Shown: positions 13,396 to 29,300, numbered from the stretch's first letter. The stretch is DNA of 64,000 nt from a virus (IMGVR_UViG_3300028888_000055), one strand, 5' to 3'. Numbers and translations: made by a program. Notes: generated by a model not told the origin, from the sequence alone.

Positions 13396-16300
13396 ATGGA
13401 TAATAAGCAGAATGATTGGGTATTGGCTACATTAGCAAACCCAGACTTTAATTTTACTGACTTTAGTGCTGTAGGCATTACTGCCGATAATACTTCACTA
13501 TATGACAGACAAAAATATTTAAATAGCAATTTAATTCAAAATACCCCTGAGTTTTAGACTGAGGGGCATTTTGATGAAGCAAAGTTCAATACTTTTTATG
13601 ATAATGCTTTGAAAGACTATAACGCGTTATCTGAGCATACTGACCAACAAAACGTTAGCCAGGCTATGTTCAGCTATAACAACATATGGGTAGACAAAGA
13701 AAAAAGGAAAAAGTAGGTGGATTTTAATGTAGTAAAAATTAATAATCCCGATAGACGAAACTTTGGTATAGAAAGAATAGGATATATTAGTAATCCTACA
13801 ATGACCCCAGAAGAAATTGCTCAAAATGAAAAAGTATGGGACAATGCTACTCATTCTTGGAAGGAATCTCCCAATGATGCTTGGTTATTTAGAAACTGGC
13901 TTGATCCTGTAGCCTTAGCAGTATATGACACAGACGTTGATGCCGATGGCAATCCTACAACTGATGAGTCAAAAATAGCTCATAGAAAAGGAGAATATAA
14001 AATTAATCCTGATACTGGAACATACTATTATGAAACATTAAATGGTAAAACACCACATGATAGATAGGTTCTTACTATGTTTGATGTAATTACTAAGGAT
14101 GGTTCTGCAGCAAATAAATATGATTTCTTTGATGCGGATGGTGTAAATAAAAGTATAATTGGTACAGTAGCAAAGAATGTCGTGCGTATAGCTCCTGCAT
14201 TTATAAAATATGTGAAGGGTCCCTATATAGCATTAAATGTTGCTCTTGAAGCTGCAAAATTTCTACCTACTATATATAAATCTACTTTCGGATTGGTGTC
14301 AGAAGACAATTCTGCAGCTAATGGTATAGAAGCCTTTGCCATGTAGTTTGATAATAATAAATCATCCTTAGAAGGACAGCAAAGTTTCTTCTCTTCCGAA
14401 AGTATAGTTAATATGATTGGTGATGTTGCTAGTTAGTTAATACAATAGCGTTGGTTATTTACAAAAGCTCCTAGAGCTTTTAAGAAGTATGATATTACAG
14501 GAACAGCCGAAAAACCTTCTCAATTACAATTAGCAGCAAACGAAAAAGCTAATCAATGGGCATCAGACTTAATATAGAAAGGTATTGCTGGTGAAACTAT
14601 GATAACAGCAGATGAAGCTGTTGCAGCTTCTTTAGCTAAAGCAAGTGTTTGGCAGGAAAATTATATAAAGGAATATCAGGAGATAGGTAAGTATATATCC
14701 AGGTTATATATGACTGGTACTTCGTCTTATCAAGCATATGAAGATGCTAAAGCTGAAGGTGCAACTGATGCAGAAGCAGCTGCATTATTCTGGGGATATT
14801 TCGCTGGTATGTATGGAATTATGTCTAAGGATATCGGTGAACACGTATTACCAGAATTACGTATGCAGAAACGTGAAATTCGTGATATCTTATTAAAAGC
14901 AAACGAATAGGGATTAAAGAAGGGAGTGACAAAAGCTGCTACTACATCTACTGCAGAAGAAGTTAGTAAATTCAAAGGCATATTTTAGAAAGCAGGTAAA
15001 AAAGCACAAGAAATATGGCAAAAGGCTTCTTCTCCTACAATTGCTGGAGGTTCTTCTATAATGGCTAATATGTTAGCAGAAGGTGTAGAAGAAGTTTCAG
15101 AAGAAGTAGTATATGACTTAACAAGAGCTACTTTTAATGTTCTTAATAATTTTAGAGGGGGAAAAACTCAATTATCTGCATTTGATAATGCATTAGAACG
15201 CTATGGTAGTTCATTTTTTGGTGGCTTCATTGGCGGTGGTATCTTCGAAGGTATTAATGTAAAAGAGCACATAAATTCTAATATTAATAGGCCATACGAT
15301 CCAACTAACAAAGAGGCAAATGAGTCTCTTATTTATATGATTCGTAATGGAGAGAAGAAATAGGTACTAGAATCGTTAGAGTATCTTCGTAAGCATGGAA
15401 TGCTTGGCGATACCAATTTAAGTGCTGATATAGACCATATTGAAGGAGACCAAGTTGTTTATAAGCCTGGTACACAAACTGACAATCAAAATGAGTTTGC
15501 TTATAAATTGATGAAAAACTACATAAATAACATCGACACTGTATTATCCGAAGAAAATATGCAACTTGGTGATGACAACCTAATTAGTGGTGAGGGTGTT
15601 ACACAGAACGATGTTATTAAGTATTTAAGATCTTCTTATTTAATTTCGTCTAGTCCGTCTGTAGGTAAGATGTTGTAGGATTACAACAGTATGGGAGATC
15701 GTTTTGTAGCTTTACATAGTGAGTTAAACGAACTTAACCTAATGGATGACCAGAAAAAACGTGCAGACGTTCATTGGCAAGAAAAAGTAGATCGTGTTTA
15801 GAAAGACTTGGATGAACTAAGAAAAAAGAGAGAAGAATATCTTAGTGATGAAAATTAGAAATATTACACAGGTTTAATGATGTTTAACGGTAATAGTGAA
15901 ATTGCTAATGCTTTCACTCATGTAACTTACCGTTCTTTTGCCGAAGCAAAATTTAAAAAAGACTTTGAAGATCTTACTGATTATGAAAAGGAATATGCTC
16001 GACAGTCTTATGAAAGTTATTTAGCTTTGGAAGCCAATGAAAAAATGGCAAAGGCTTATGAAGTATTTATGAACTTAAATAGACGCTTCGGAGCATCTTT
16101 AGAAGCCATAGGACATAATGCAGAAGCTTACGCAGAAGCTCGTAGAAAAGTATTAGAATCTGTAGTAGAATTTGATGAAATTAATCCAGAAACAGGAGAA
16201 GTAGCTCTAGATGATGATGGATAGCCAAAAAAATAGAAGCTTAACTTGGCTGGTATTATTGTTAAGATGTTTGGAGATTATAACCAAACAGATGAACAAG

Positions 16301-19300
16301 TACAATAGAGAGCAAGAGAGCTTATTAAATATGCCAATCCATTTAGCGAATTACGCAGATTCGTTTTATAGGGAGCTGGAAAAATTTCACAACATTCTCA
16401 CGTAAACGATCCTGCAGTAACTGCTGCTTTTGAATAGGGTAATCCAAATATAGATATCCAAAGAGGGGCTGGTAATAATCCATATTATGACCAAGCTATC
16501 AAGATTATGGATACCTTTATATAGAATCTTTAGTATCTTATAGGTGATGGTGGCAGAGTAGACGAAGAAGTTGCAAATTCTATACGTGATATAAAGAATG
16601 AATTAATAAAAATTGAAGGTAATTTGTTGTTGCAAGACGTCATCATGGGAGATGATTTTATTCAGAATTCAGATGCAAGTTTTGCATTATTCGATAAGTT
16701 CTTTACTGGTTTAACTTTAGATAATTTAAACGATAGATACCAGGATTTACGTTAGCATTACAATGAAATATTAGCAGAAGCTTAGCAAGATGACCCAGCT
16801 TCGGTTGCTGCTGTACAAGCTTTATTACAAGAATTTGATGATAGAATTAGTCGTTTTACACAAGCTAATGCTGACTTAATTTAGAAAAATACTACTATAA
16901 ATGGTCTATTGGCACAACAAATAGATAATCCTATCTTTAAAGTTTTAAATGAATTAGCTATTACTACTACTGGAAATCCAAGAAGTGTTATAGCATTATT
17001 AAGGGAAATTGAGTAGCAGTTCATCTTAAAAACAAAAGATGGTGATATTAGTAAATTCCTTCTTGATGGTACTATTACAAGAGATGATATAAAAAATGCC
17101 GAAACTTTAATTACTCAAGTTTAGGCGATGATTAGAGCTGCGCAGGTTGATAAATTATATAAAGAAAATCCTTTTAGTTTCAATTCATCTATGAATGCAA
17201 TAGGTGGAGACGAGAAATTAGGAGAAATTGACCATATTACAGCTTCTTTACTTATCAGTGACCTTGAAGCCTTTAAACGTAAATTAAACTTTGTTAAGAG
17301 CTTACATGATATTAATGATAAGGCTTCTTTAAAAGAACATACTGAAGTAGGAGTTAATTTAAATTACCTTGCTTATGATTTAATAGGTAATCCTGACAGT
17401 GAATTATATAAAACTATTTCTGTAAATGGAGCGGGCGAGAGAGTAATTAAGGATAAAGTTGTTAATGGTCAAGCTATTCTAGAAAAAGGATCTGAGTTAG
17501 ATAAGGCTATAACAGCTGCTGAAACTTTAAAAAAATATACAGAAGATCCTAAAAGACCTACTAATATTCCATTAGAAGATCAAATAGCTATAGCAAAAGA
17601 AAAACTCAACATTGAAAATGCATTATACGATAGAGTTTAGGAACTTATTAATTCTGGTAATACTGCAGAAGAACGAGAGCAGATTAAAGAAGAATTAATA
17701 TCAGTATTATTCTCTAAATATATTTCTAACGCTGAAAATATTGGTATAAATAACTAGCCAATTAAAAAGGATTCTACTACAATGGGCGACAGTGTAGAAT
17801 TATCCTATTTAACTTCTATTATAGCATATAAGTCTGGCGATTTCTTATACAAATACCATGCTCTTCTAGAGAAAAAGAATTCAAATTTAGCACCACTTCC
17901 CGCACAAACTTTGAGTGTCCAAATCTGTTATGCAATGACACAGAATAAGGACTTATTTAATTCTGTATTAAAAGCATTAAATGTAGAAGATTATGGCAGA
18001 ACTCCTATGGATAGTTTTATAATGGTAGCAGGTATTCCTGGCGCAGGTAAAACTTCAGCGGTATCTAAAATGGTATACGATATGGCTAAAGCAGATAATC
18101 CTAAAGTCAGAACTATGACTGTTGGACCTACTAATACTCAAGTGCAAAACTTAGTTAAAGCTTTAAATCCTTCTACTAAACGCAATAATCCATTTACAAA
18201 GGATGAACTGCTAGAATTCTTAGGAACAAACGAAGAAGCCATAAATGCTTCTGATGCTATGGAATTCACAGACTTTGATGACGGTAGAATCTATTATCGC
18301 CTTAAATAGGAGATTATAGATGGCCTAGATACAAGTGTTAAGCCAGATATAATCTTTATCGACGAGTCTACCATCTTTACAAATGCTGAATTACAATTGA
18401 TTAAAGGCTATGCTAACAGAGTAGGAGCAGTTGTAATAATAACAGGTGACTTACAACAGAGTGCTAGAAGAATGTTCTGGAATCATAATAATAACAACGA
18501 TGAAACTAGAACATTGTATAATTCAATTACTACTTGTGTTCCTTTCTGTGCTCCTCCGCTTAGTGTATCTATGAGAGCTTCTAATTCAAATAAAAGAGAT
18601 AATACCAATGCTACTAGCGAGTTAGCATAGAATTTTACAATGCAAAGTATAAGAGATCGCAATTTTTCTGGTACTACAGAAGTATTAGATTATATTAGAG
18701 ATCTTTTATCTAAGGCTAAAATTAAAGGTTCAATAGATCCTACAGGAGCAATAAAAGGTGACTTGCTTTATGATAAACCTGATTTAACTACCCCAGAAGG
18801 TAGAAGTGCATTCAAAAAGCAAGTATAGCAAATGATTGATACTTTGGCTGAAGGGGAAAAGATAGGCTGCATTTATGAAGATGAGTCTTCTGAAATCTAT
18901 AAGTTCTTAACTGAAAACTTCAGTGCCGATAAAATCGAAATGATTAATAAACTTGAGTTTTATTCTGAAGCTAAAGCTCAAGGTAGCGAACATCAATATT
19001 TTATAATTGATGTAAACTGGGATGGAAAGTATTAGAATTTACTAAGTAATACCAACTTAACCCCTGAAATAATAAATGATATATTATCATTTATACAATC
19101 ATTACATACAACTATTTCTCGTTCTAAATAGGGATCTGTCATTATAGATAATGGCTTAACTAACTTATTAGGATTGGATGTATTCACAACCATAGATTAT
19201 AACCAAGTAAATGAAGTTAGACCTTCTGAGGAAATGCTAGAGTTATATAGAAATGAACAAACTGCTATATTTGAAGCTGTATTAAGTGGCTATACTCCAA

Positions 19301-22300
19301 CTGATCCTACAGCAGTAGCGGCTGCTACAGAAGGTGCAACAGAAGGAGAAGGAGAAGAAGGCGGTGAAGAAGGCGAAGGTGAAGGTGAAGAAGGTGAAGG
19401 CGAAGAAAACGATGACAATGATGATGGTGGTGAAGAAGACGACGGTGAAGGGGAACAAGATGTAGATTTAGTTCCTATCAGTGAAATGAAGGTACCATTT
19501 AAGAATAAAGTAGTAGTAGTATTAAAGTTAAAGAAAGACCAAATTGACTATGTACTAGAAAATGGATACCTTATTAAATCTGATCCAGTTGTTGTAACTA
19601 ATAAAACTACCTTAAAAACCGCTGTATAGAATATTAGAAATGATTTGATTGCAGGAGTAGCTGTTATACCCGCTGGAACAGAATTAGCTACAAAGATTTA
19701 GAACGGTGAGAATGATATAAGTATTCCTGCTGAATATATATATCCTAAATTTACTAAAGACGTAGTAAAGAAATCTAAAGGCAAATCTAAAACTCCTAGT
19801 ACAAAAAATAAAAATACTAAATTTGATGTAGGGGATATTATTACGATTAAACAATAGAAAGGTAAAAAAGCTTCTACTATTTAGTATAAAATATAGGATA
19901 TATCATCTAAGAAAATATTTAGTAAGAAAACAAAACGTTGGTCTACTAAACAAGTATATAAGTTACAACAAGTAGGTAAACCTGCTAATGTAAAAGAATG
20001 GACTGCGGATTTTGTAGATAGTAATTATAAGAAAGTAAAAAGTGCAACTGCTTCTAAAACTACTAAAAAGCAAGTATCTACTTTAGAGAAGATAATGGCG
20101 AGAGAAATTAAACCTGCAACTACAGGAGATACTGCTCCAGTATCTGATACTGAGTTATAGAATATTCTTAATTATGCTGATAACTAGGTAATGGGAGTTA
20201 AGTTATATTCTGGTTTATGTTTCAGAAGCGGTATAGGATTTAATGTTAATCCTAATACTGATACCTTTACTTTGACTTAGCTTGGCCCATTAGGAAGAGA
20301 TGAAGAAAATCTTTCTGATTTAAGTGGTCTTATATTGCCTTTCTTAAGCATAGTGGATACTAGTGGTAACCCATTACAGTATGACCATACTACAATGTCT
20401 GCTGTAACATCAGGAAATGATTTAGTAATATTATAGAAGGGTACGAGCAATGTTATTGGTAAAGTAAATAATCCAACTTTGCCTGTTAAATTGTTAAGTG
20501 AACTTGAAGTTACTCAAGCAAATCTCAGGTCATTATTAATGTTTAATAATGGAGATTTAAAAGAATTGCATAAAGATATCTATGGAGAGGTCTATAATCT
20601 ATATGCTAATAATTCAGCATTACTACAAACTACTAAAGATTTAACTAAGATACCTTTATTACAGAGGTTATTTTAGTTATCTAAAAATGCAGGTCCAGGA
20701 TAGTTTACTTTCAAATTAAAAATATTTAATAAAGATAACTTTGAGCCAGCCGTTGACAAAGTATTAAGAATGGGCAACTCTGCAGTTCCTAATTCTAAAT
20801 TATTAGTATATTCTATAGAAGGATGTATGGAAATAACTATGGGCGTATTTCCAAATCCTACAACTGTAGAGGCTTATGTATCTAACTTAGAAAAGATATA
20901 TAGGTCAATGAAAACAGAAGATAAAAATAAAGCACGCTTAAGTAAAGCAATAGCTTAGTTAAGGAATACTTTAACTGTAGTTTATTCTATAAATTCCAAA
21001 TCCAATAGTTTACAACAAACTACATACTGGGATTTAGGAGAATTTAACTTGGCCGAACATCGTGTAACTAATACAAAGAGAAGCCCAATTTAGTTTGCTT
21101 TAGGAAATGGAGAAACTCAAATGGATTTTGCTCAATTTAAGGAAGATCCAGATATTATTTGCTCTGATCCTTTCCTATTTACAGACGCTTATAAAAATGC
21201 TGGTTTAGTTGATCCTTCAACTGCAGGTAAAGCTGTTGTATTCTATACTACAGATTTAAATCTTTACTATGGTTTTGAGAACGGTAAATTAACAGTTGCA
21301 AATAGTAAAAAGAATGATTCATTTAAGAAGATAACTAAATCTAATAGTAATGAATTATACTCTTTATGGGCTACTGTTAGAGAATAGGCTGTTGCTTCAG
21401 GTAATATGGATGATTTAAATGCTTTAGGAGACAAAATTACAATGGTTGTTTTATCTCCAAAAGGCGTATCCTTAGAAGAATTCGTAACTCAAGCTATTAA
21501 ATTAAAAGAATCTATGAGAAATGGTGTAAAATATATTACTCCTGCGGGAAATATAAACACCTATACTAGAATTATAGAATTCTTAATTAATACTAATATA
21601 GAAGTAAAGAAATTCTTAGCCAAAATAAATAAGGATGGTGGGAAATCTTCTTATTCTTATGGCACATTATTTAGTGTTAATGGAACAAATGCAACTATTA
21701 ATTTCAACACTGTAGACGAAGTTAAATAGTTCCACGACGACTTAACATAGATGCTTTCTGGTATATTTACAACCATAGATTCTAATATTAATCTAGCTGA
21801 TTATGGTATTGGTAAATCTACATCTACTAAGAAATTAGAGAGTGCTTTAGGAAAACTATTAGTTGAAGTTATCGGAGACCAAGACTTAATAAAGGAATTT
21901 ATTGATAGTGGTAGAGTTGGGTATTCAGCTAAAGGTACTGGAAATACCATAAAAACAACTTTTAGTGGATCACATTGGTATGAAGTATTCTCTTCTATAG
22001 TTAGCTACTTTACAAATAATGTAAATGTTGATGATACTGAAATTGCTGAAAATAGAAAAGATTTCTTAAGTAAGTTAGAAGCTTTACGACAAGTGGACGC
22101 CATTGATAAAGAAAATCCATTAAAATTTGGAATCTTCTATAATCCAAGGTTTAAACCAAATCCTAATTTTAACCCTTCTAAAAAGGAAATGGCTTATCCA
22201 GCAATAGATCTCGAAGACCATTTCTATGTTTCAGTTGTACCTCAAACTCCTGACTTTGTATTACCCTTAGCAACACTAAGTAAAGTAAGTAGTACTTCAA

Positions 22301-23367
22301 GTTCGGATAATGTAGGCGCTACTGCTGCTCCAACTTCGGTAGCAAAAGCAGTGGCGGCTGCTCCTGCTGCACCTGCTTCAACTTCGGAAGCTGAAAAAAA
22401 ACTTGAAATATTTACTAGAGCTATTGATAAATACAAACCATTTTTAATTGATGTTTTAACTAACCCCACACAGAGAAATACTCCTCTTGATCCTACTTTA
22501 ATTCCACTTCTAGAACAAACCATAAATGATGTTATAGATTCAAAAAAAGAGCATTATATATAGATTTTAAAGACATCTACAGAGCATATTACATAGGATT
22601 TAAATACAAAAGGAGATAATTCTATATATGCAATAGAAGGAAAAATAACAGAAAAACTTCATGAATCACTAATATCATAGCTACTTATAGATATTATTAC
22701 AGAAGCCAATAATAGAATTCCAGACTTAAATATTTCTACTGTTGTGGTGGGTAATTAGGATGACGGCATTAGTACTCTTGAAAACGAGTTACATTCTAGA
22801 AAAAATTATAAAAATACTGATTTCAATAATCCATTAGCTGAAACATAGTTAGTTAAGGATGGTAAAGATTATTTCTTATATTATAAAGAAGACGGAATAG
22901 CTTACAGAGTTAAAATAACTATGTAGGACGGCTATGTACGAGATGTCAGAAGAAAAGTTATAAGTGCATCAGAATTTCCAGGGGCAGCTCCAACCGTAGA
23001 GCCAGAACAAAAATCTGATTCTTTAGAATTAATTCCTAAAATAATAGATAGCATTAATTCTGTTGAACCTCAAAGAGAAGGAGGAATACCAGAAGAAATG
23101 TTAAATATATTTAATGGAATTAAACAAAGTCTAGTAGAAGCTGTTACAGATTCAATCACTAGTGATCCTGAAGTCTTAAATGCAGCCGTATAGAAGTGGC
23201 AACTTGGTATGAGTATGTTAGAAAATCTAAAGAATATGTATTAGATAACTTCTAATTTAGAGGCTGTTATAGCTGAGCATATGAAAGAATTAAATTCGCA
23301 ACAAACTTCAGAAGACATTTGCGTAGATGCTCAAAACTTAGTAATTTTGTTGAATAAAATAATTTAA
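13396..23367 (+). CDS. Giant virion/ejection protein with SF1 helicase-like P-loop domain (3323 aa, TAG=Gln)
   Basis: Frame 1 from ATG 13396 to TAA 23365-23367 joins many fragments. Motifs GIPGAGKT (18031-18054), IFIDE (DE at 18361), TGDLQQ, AQGSE and YTTISRSK match SF1 motifs I, II, III, V and VI. Confidence 0.85.
19330..19460 (+). repeat. Low-complexity acidic linker (E/G/D-rich) inside the giant protein
   Basis: GAAGGT/GAAGGC/GAT-rich repeats encoding EGEGEEGGEEGEGEGEEGEGEENDDNDDGGEEDDGEG. Confidence 0.8.
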
Positions 23368-23380
23368 AATTAATATTCAA

Positions 23381-26300
23381 ATGAACGGACAATGTAGTTT
23401 AAATGATTCAAATATATATGCACTCTTAAATAAGTTATTAGTCCCAGGTAGAAACCTAGACAATACCTATAAAGAAATAGGTAAGACTTTAGTAGAAGCA
23501 GGATATGACTTATCTGAAGATAACAGAGAACATTTGGCAGAAGCAATGCTTACTTGGAGGAATAGTAATCTTCCAATAGCATTGTTTTCTCCTGGTTCTG
23601 AAAATCAAATATATCTAAGTGCATTAGCTGCTGATAGTAAAGAGTTGTAGTATGCTTTAACTTCTATTATTCATTGGAATGGAGATACTAAACCAGAAGA
23701 TACTAAATAGATGGATATAGTTGATTAGGATAATAACGACAATGACACTGTTGATATTACTACTCGTATTAAGGAAAATCAATTAGACGATATTTACTAG
23801 CAGGCAGCAGAAGCTAAAACTTTAATGTAGCAATCTTTTAAAAGAAATATTGTTAGTTCCTTATTAGTAAATTTTAAAATAGGCCAAATTCCAACAACTG
23901 CTGAACAAGTTAACAACAACATTGCTTCTTATAAAGAAGAATTGGTTAATACTATTGTTGATTATGCTAATACTTATGCAGAAAGGAATCTTGCTGTTTA
24001 GATGTATAACGAAGATGGTACTTTAAATATTAGCGGATATAGAACAGTTGAAGAATTAGCAAAGCATCTTTTTGAAAATACTACAGATATCGAACTTATC
24101 GATGCTTTTAAAATGCGAAATGATTCTCCAAAGTCTAGAGCATTTCTCGACGCTTTTAACGCTTGGATAATTCTAAATAACTTTGATATGCTATTGAAAG
24201 CAGAATTAAAGGATTCTGTCAACATTAAGAAAAGTCTTTTAGATGCTCAAGTAGATAAAGATGTTGTAAAATATTAGCTTGTAGATGAATCTGAATTAGT
24301 AAAAACTTGGAGAAATTCAGAGGATGTAAATGCTTTAAAAGAACTTGGTAATATAACTACATTGCTTATTTCTTCTACTCCCATGTATGATTACAATAAG
24401 GGTAAACCTTATTTACAACCTGGGAAGTATATAGACCCAAATGTCTTTTTCTTTGCATTTGCTGATATATTAAGAATACCAGCTATTAAGAGGATTTCTG
24501 AAAACAAACGCTATAATTCTTTGGAAATTATTCCTCAAATTATAGATGCTGTTTTAGCTACACCTTCTTTGGGACCTAATACTAATCTGATACACAGTAT
24601 AATGTATTCTGTTCAGTAGCACTTCTTTAGAACTTCTGGTAGAGGAGCCGACCAGGACTATTCTCTAGCAGAAATTATACTTAAGGATCAGAATTCGGAA
24701 GGTTATTCTGTAAATAAAAATTATTTGAATTATGTTGCATCTGCTATAGATAAAACCATACGAAATCTATACTTAACCTATAATTCAAATAGAGAAACTG
24801 GAGTAATTGAAACTAGAGTTTCTACGGATGTATCAGCTTCTAATAGCGAATTTGATATTAGAAATTCTATTGAGAGCCCAAATAAGATGCTCCTTCCTTC
24901 TTAGAGAGACCAGTTAATAAATACATATGTTCTTAACAATAAAGAATACTATGATACTTTATCTGAAGAAGAGCAAGAAAAAATTGGATATGACCCACAA
25001 TTGAGTTCATATCCAAGTTTATGGTCTATATCTACCGCTATTACTATGGGAGGGGCTCCTGCTAAATTAATAATACGCGTATTTAATGATATTACTTCTG
25101 ATAGTGGTCAAAATAATAAATCAATTCATTCTATAAGTATAGAAGATGAAAATGGAAACGTATCTACTATATTTAATAATAAAGATGGTTTTCTTCCAGA
25201 GACTCCAGAGGCAATACTACAAAATGTAGAATCTGTCATAATGGATATGATAGATGATACATTAAAGCAGAACTTCAAGACTAATCCTGAGTTCTTTAAT
25301 GCTTACATGTAGAATCTTCCTAATAAGGAAAATGGGCAACAGTAGTCGCATTTAGAGGGCTTATTATACTTAATTCCAATGGCTAATAGAGTATTAATTA
25401 AACATACTTTAGAAGCCAAGAATTTAGCAGAAAATACTTCATTATTAGACAAAGTATATAGAATCGATCCTATCTATAAATTTTAGAATGGAAAACAGAA
25501 ACCCTATTTATCCCTTTAGAAACGATTAAAAGTAATAATGGATACAAAGGGTGATAAGACTGTTGTAAAATTCTTAGGAAATGCTAAGATGGTAATTACG
25601 GGAGAAATTGCAAAGTCTACATCTAAGAATATTGAAGGTAATACTGTTTCTAACAATGGTTTAACTAACCTTATGAGTACTGTCGCTTTAGTATTTGAAG
25701 ACTCTAGAAAGAGATTAGCTACAGAGCAAGACGACAGTATGGAAGATCCTCACTACCGTAATTCTTGTTTACGAAATTGTGTTTTTGTATTACATCCTGA
25801 ATTTTTGCATGGAGTAGTGCAGAAACAAGGAGCTAAAAGTAAAGACGGATTATCTAGTAAATTAGATAAGAAATTTAATGTTGCAGAATCCCTAGAAAGC
25901 GCAATAAAATTTGATTTCTTAATTAACTATGGTTTAGATCCATCTAACTCTTAGCAAGGTATAATCAGAATTCAGCCTACGGATTATTCTGATAAGACTA
26001 CTGATTATCTTCTTGAATTAAATGGAAACATTCCAATTGCAAATAATAAAAGTTTAGTTGGAATGTCTTGTGCCGAAGTAGAAGAATTGCACAGGGTTCA
26101 AATGGATAGTATGTATAGTACTATGCGTAACAACATAGGAAAAGACTACCATGATACATTATTTACTTTTGTATTAGCTAATGCTGATATATTGGGGTTA
26201 AATCCATAGTATTTAATGCAATTGGATCAACGAGGCGACTATTCTACATATTATACTTTTTATACATAGGTAGTATTTAAAGCTATTAATGATAATATTA

Positions 26301-29300
26301 ACAATTTACAAGTAGACGGCAAAACTTATACTGACCCAAGGAAGTTATATAGAGATTTAGCCAGAATAAATAATACTACAGTAATTACTAATGTACATTT
26401 TGATGATAAGGCTAAAGTCTTAACTACTAATAATATTATTGATTATTATTTCCGTGTATTTGGGAATAAGGGAATATATGATTATGTTCTTAAGAGAAAT
26501 CAATTGCGCTTTATCAAGGACGTTTCTTCTTATGTTAATTTTAGATGGTCTACTCAAAAAGGCATTGACCCTATCTTGGAAAATGCTGTAAAGAGACTAG
26601 TAAGTAATGGTACTATCGGCGATGAAGAAATGTTCATACGTAATTGGGTAGACCACAGGACTGGCGATCTCGTATTAGCTAAACTAAATACAGACGAAGG
26701 GTCTATATCTTTGACTAAAACCGACTTAAAGAAATTAAAACTTTCTGATCTAATTTATGGCGATAATTTTGGATTTGAATTAAATCCAATTCTTAGAGCT
26801 TTTTTTGCTATTGATACAATGGTATCACAGCAGTTTATTAGTTCTACTGTTGGAGGTAACTTCGTACATAAAAATAACTTTGGAAAAAATCCTGACGTCA
26901 ATCCTTTATGGGAAAATGTAAAATTATTCGAGGAAGGTACTGAAGAATTTAATATTGCTTTAAATGAGTACTTAGATGCGGTAGAAGTAGAAGATGCGGG
27001 TAGACTGTTAACTCAGTATAAACGTATGGTTATTTATCCTGCAACTATGCACCCATTATACCAAATGGCATTAGAAGGCGTTCCCACATATTATAATATA
27101 GCAAGTATAGATGATGTTCAAGCTAATACTTGGGATTATATTAGTGGAGATTATGATAGTGACGGGAAACAAAAGACTATAGATGCTCATGACGGTTCTG
27201 GTATGGTAGATCCTGGATTTGCTATCCTTGAGAATGGATCATTACAAGGTGCTCACGTAGGTATTGATAAAAAACCTATTGGACACAGTATGGATGATTC
27301 ATATATGGTTGAAACGGAGCTAAAATACGCCTTATTCGCGATTACTAATTGGAAGGTTAGGAATTCTAGTAATAGAGTAGGGGAACATTATGGTATTAAT
27401 TATGACCTTATTCGTAGAAAGATGGGTAGCTCTGAATATGGACGAGGATGGCCCGCTGATTTGGATATAGACATTACCACTAAATTTAATGGCGAGAAAA
27501 TTGATTTGGATGACTTACAATCTACATACTTCTATGATCCTAAGCTTGACAGTTATTTCCAAATTGTAGGAATACAAAAATTACCTGATGTTAAGAATGG
27601 TTATATATTTACATACTAGCAAGTAGATGAATTTGCAAAACCTATAGGAAAGCCAATAGAAGCAGCATAGCCACTTATAATTGATAGCAATTATTCATTG
27701 TGGAAAGCTTTAGGTGGCGAATGGTCTTGCTCGATTTATGATGGTAAACTCGTAGAAGATGAATCATCTAACTATAATTGGGCTTACTTTGCAAACAATA
27801 TAGGATTTATAAGAACAAAACAAAATCCTATAGCTATGCATGAGATAGATTATACTGAAAATGATTTACTTGATGAAAGTGATATTACTACCGATGATAA
27901 TGGTAAAAAATCCTTCCCAGTAGTTTTAACTTAGAAGGATATATATCAACCTCTTAAATATTCAGGAATACAATATGCAGTAAATGTATCTGGTATTAAG
28001 AATGGTCAAGTGAACACAAATCCAGTACAATCTCATTATGACCAGAATCCTTTAAGGAGTTTCCGTATTTTGACTAAACATCTTGGAGTCCAAATGAATG
28101 CCGATCACCATGCTGATGATGCAGAACTTACTGAGATGTCTCAGGTAATTTCTGCTTTGGAAGCTAACGGTTGGGCCCATGATCTAGTTAAATAGATTTA
28201 CGAAGACCTGGGAAGTATAGTATTGTAGACCTTAGAACAAGAAATTAAAGCTCTGAAAGTTTTCTTAAAGACAGGTGACAATACAGAAATATATCGAATT
28301 GTAGGTAAATCCTTTATAAAATCCTTTGGTAAGGATGGAGGGCAAGATACTCTTACTGCTAGTATGATGAATAATATCATCAAGGAATTAAACGGAGAAG
28401 ACAATATAGAAAATATTGAATAGAAATTGCCTTTCAGTGACACTTCTGTATTATCCTCTGTAGTTGGTAGTATTACTTCTAACATCAATAAGACAGCTAT
28501 TAAAAGAAAATATTCTGGTTTGGCTGCCGTCCTTGTACCTGCATATGATATTATCAAAGTTTATAAACAAAGACTAGAGGATGGTTCAACGAAAGATGCT
28601 CTTAATGGTGACATCCTAAAAGCCGATACTGATCTAGAAGCTCAAACAGACACAGGCGATTTAATGTCAGCTAAGAACCTAGAATTAGGATTATCTTATA
28701 TAGTATATGAAAATCTTGCACTAGACCCACAGCCATTAAAGAAAGTCACAATTGACGGTAAAGAGTACTATGTAGGGCATGATGAAAATAGTATATTAGT
28801 TTTATTTGATAAATATGGCGCAGTTCAAAACATTCATATGCCTTATTGGGTGCAAGAACAATATGCTGCTGGACAATTACCTAATTTAACTGTTACATTG
28901 GATACAATTAACGACTATAAGAAGTTTAAGCGTTCCCAATTATAGTTTAAAGAGGATTATGCAGCAGGTAGAAATCTATAGCCATCTAAAACTAGTTTCT
29001 AGGTTAGAGAAGAAGAAGGCACTATATACAATATATTTGACGTTGATGAAATCGAACAAAAAATAAAATTTAGAGAATTTTATGATGCATTTAAAAAGAT
29101 TCCTGTAATGAATTACAAGAATTTCTTTAATAAAAATGATGCTTTGTTCGATATAATCAATAGAAATCCAAATCCTAGAATAGTATCTATATACACTAAA
29201 ATTAGAAATTTAACATCTAAAGACGTATTAACTACTAATGATGATGTAATGATTTAGAAGTATATGGATATATTAGAAGTGGAGTTTGCTAATTAGGTAG

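Noticed and set aside
16211-16405. 64-aa + strand ORF suggesting a frameshift
   Set aside because: Frame 1 continues through this region with only TAGs, so no frameshift is needed.
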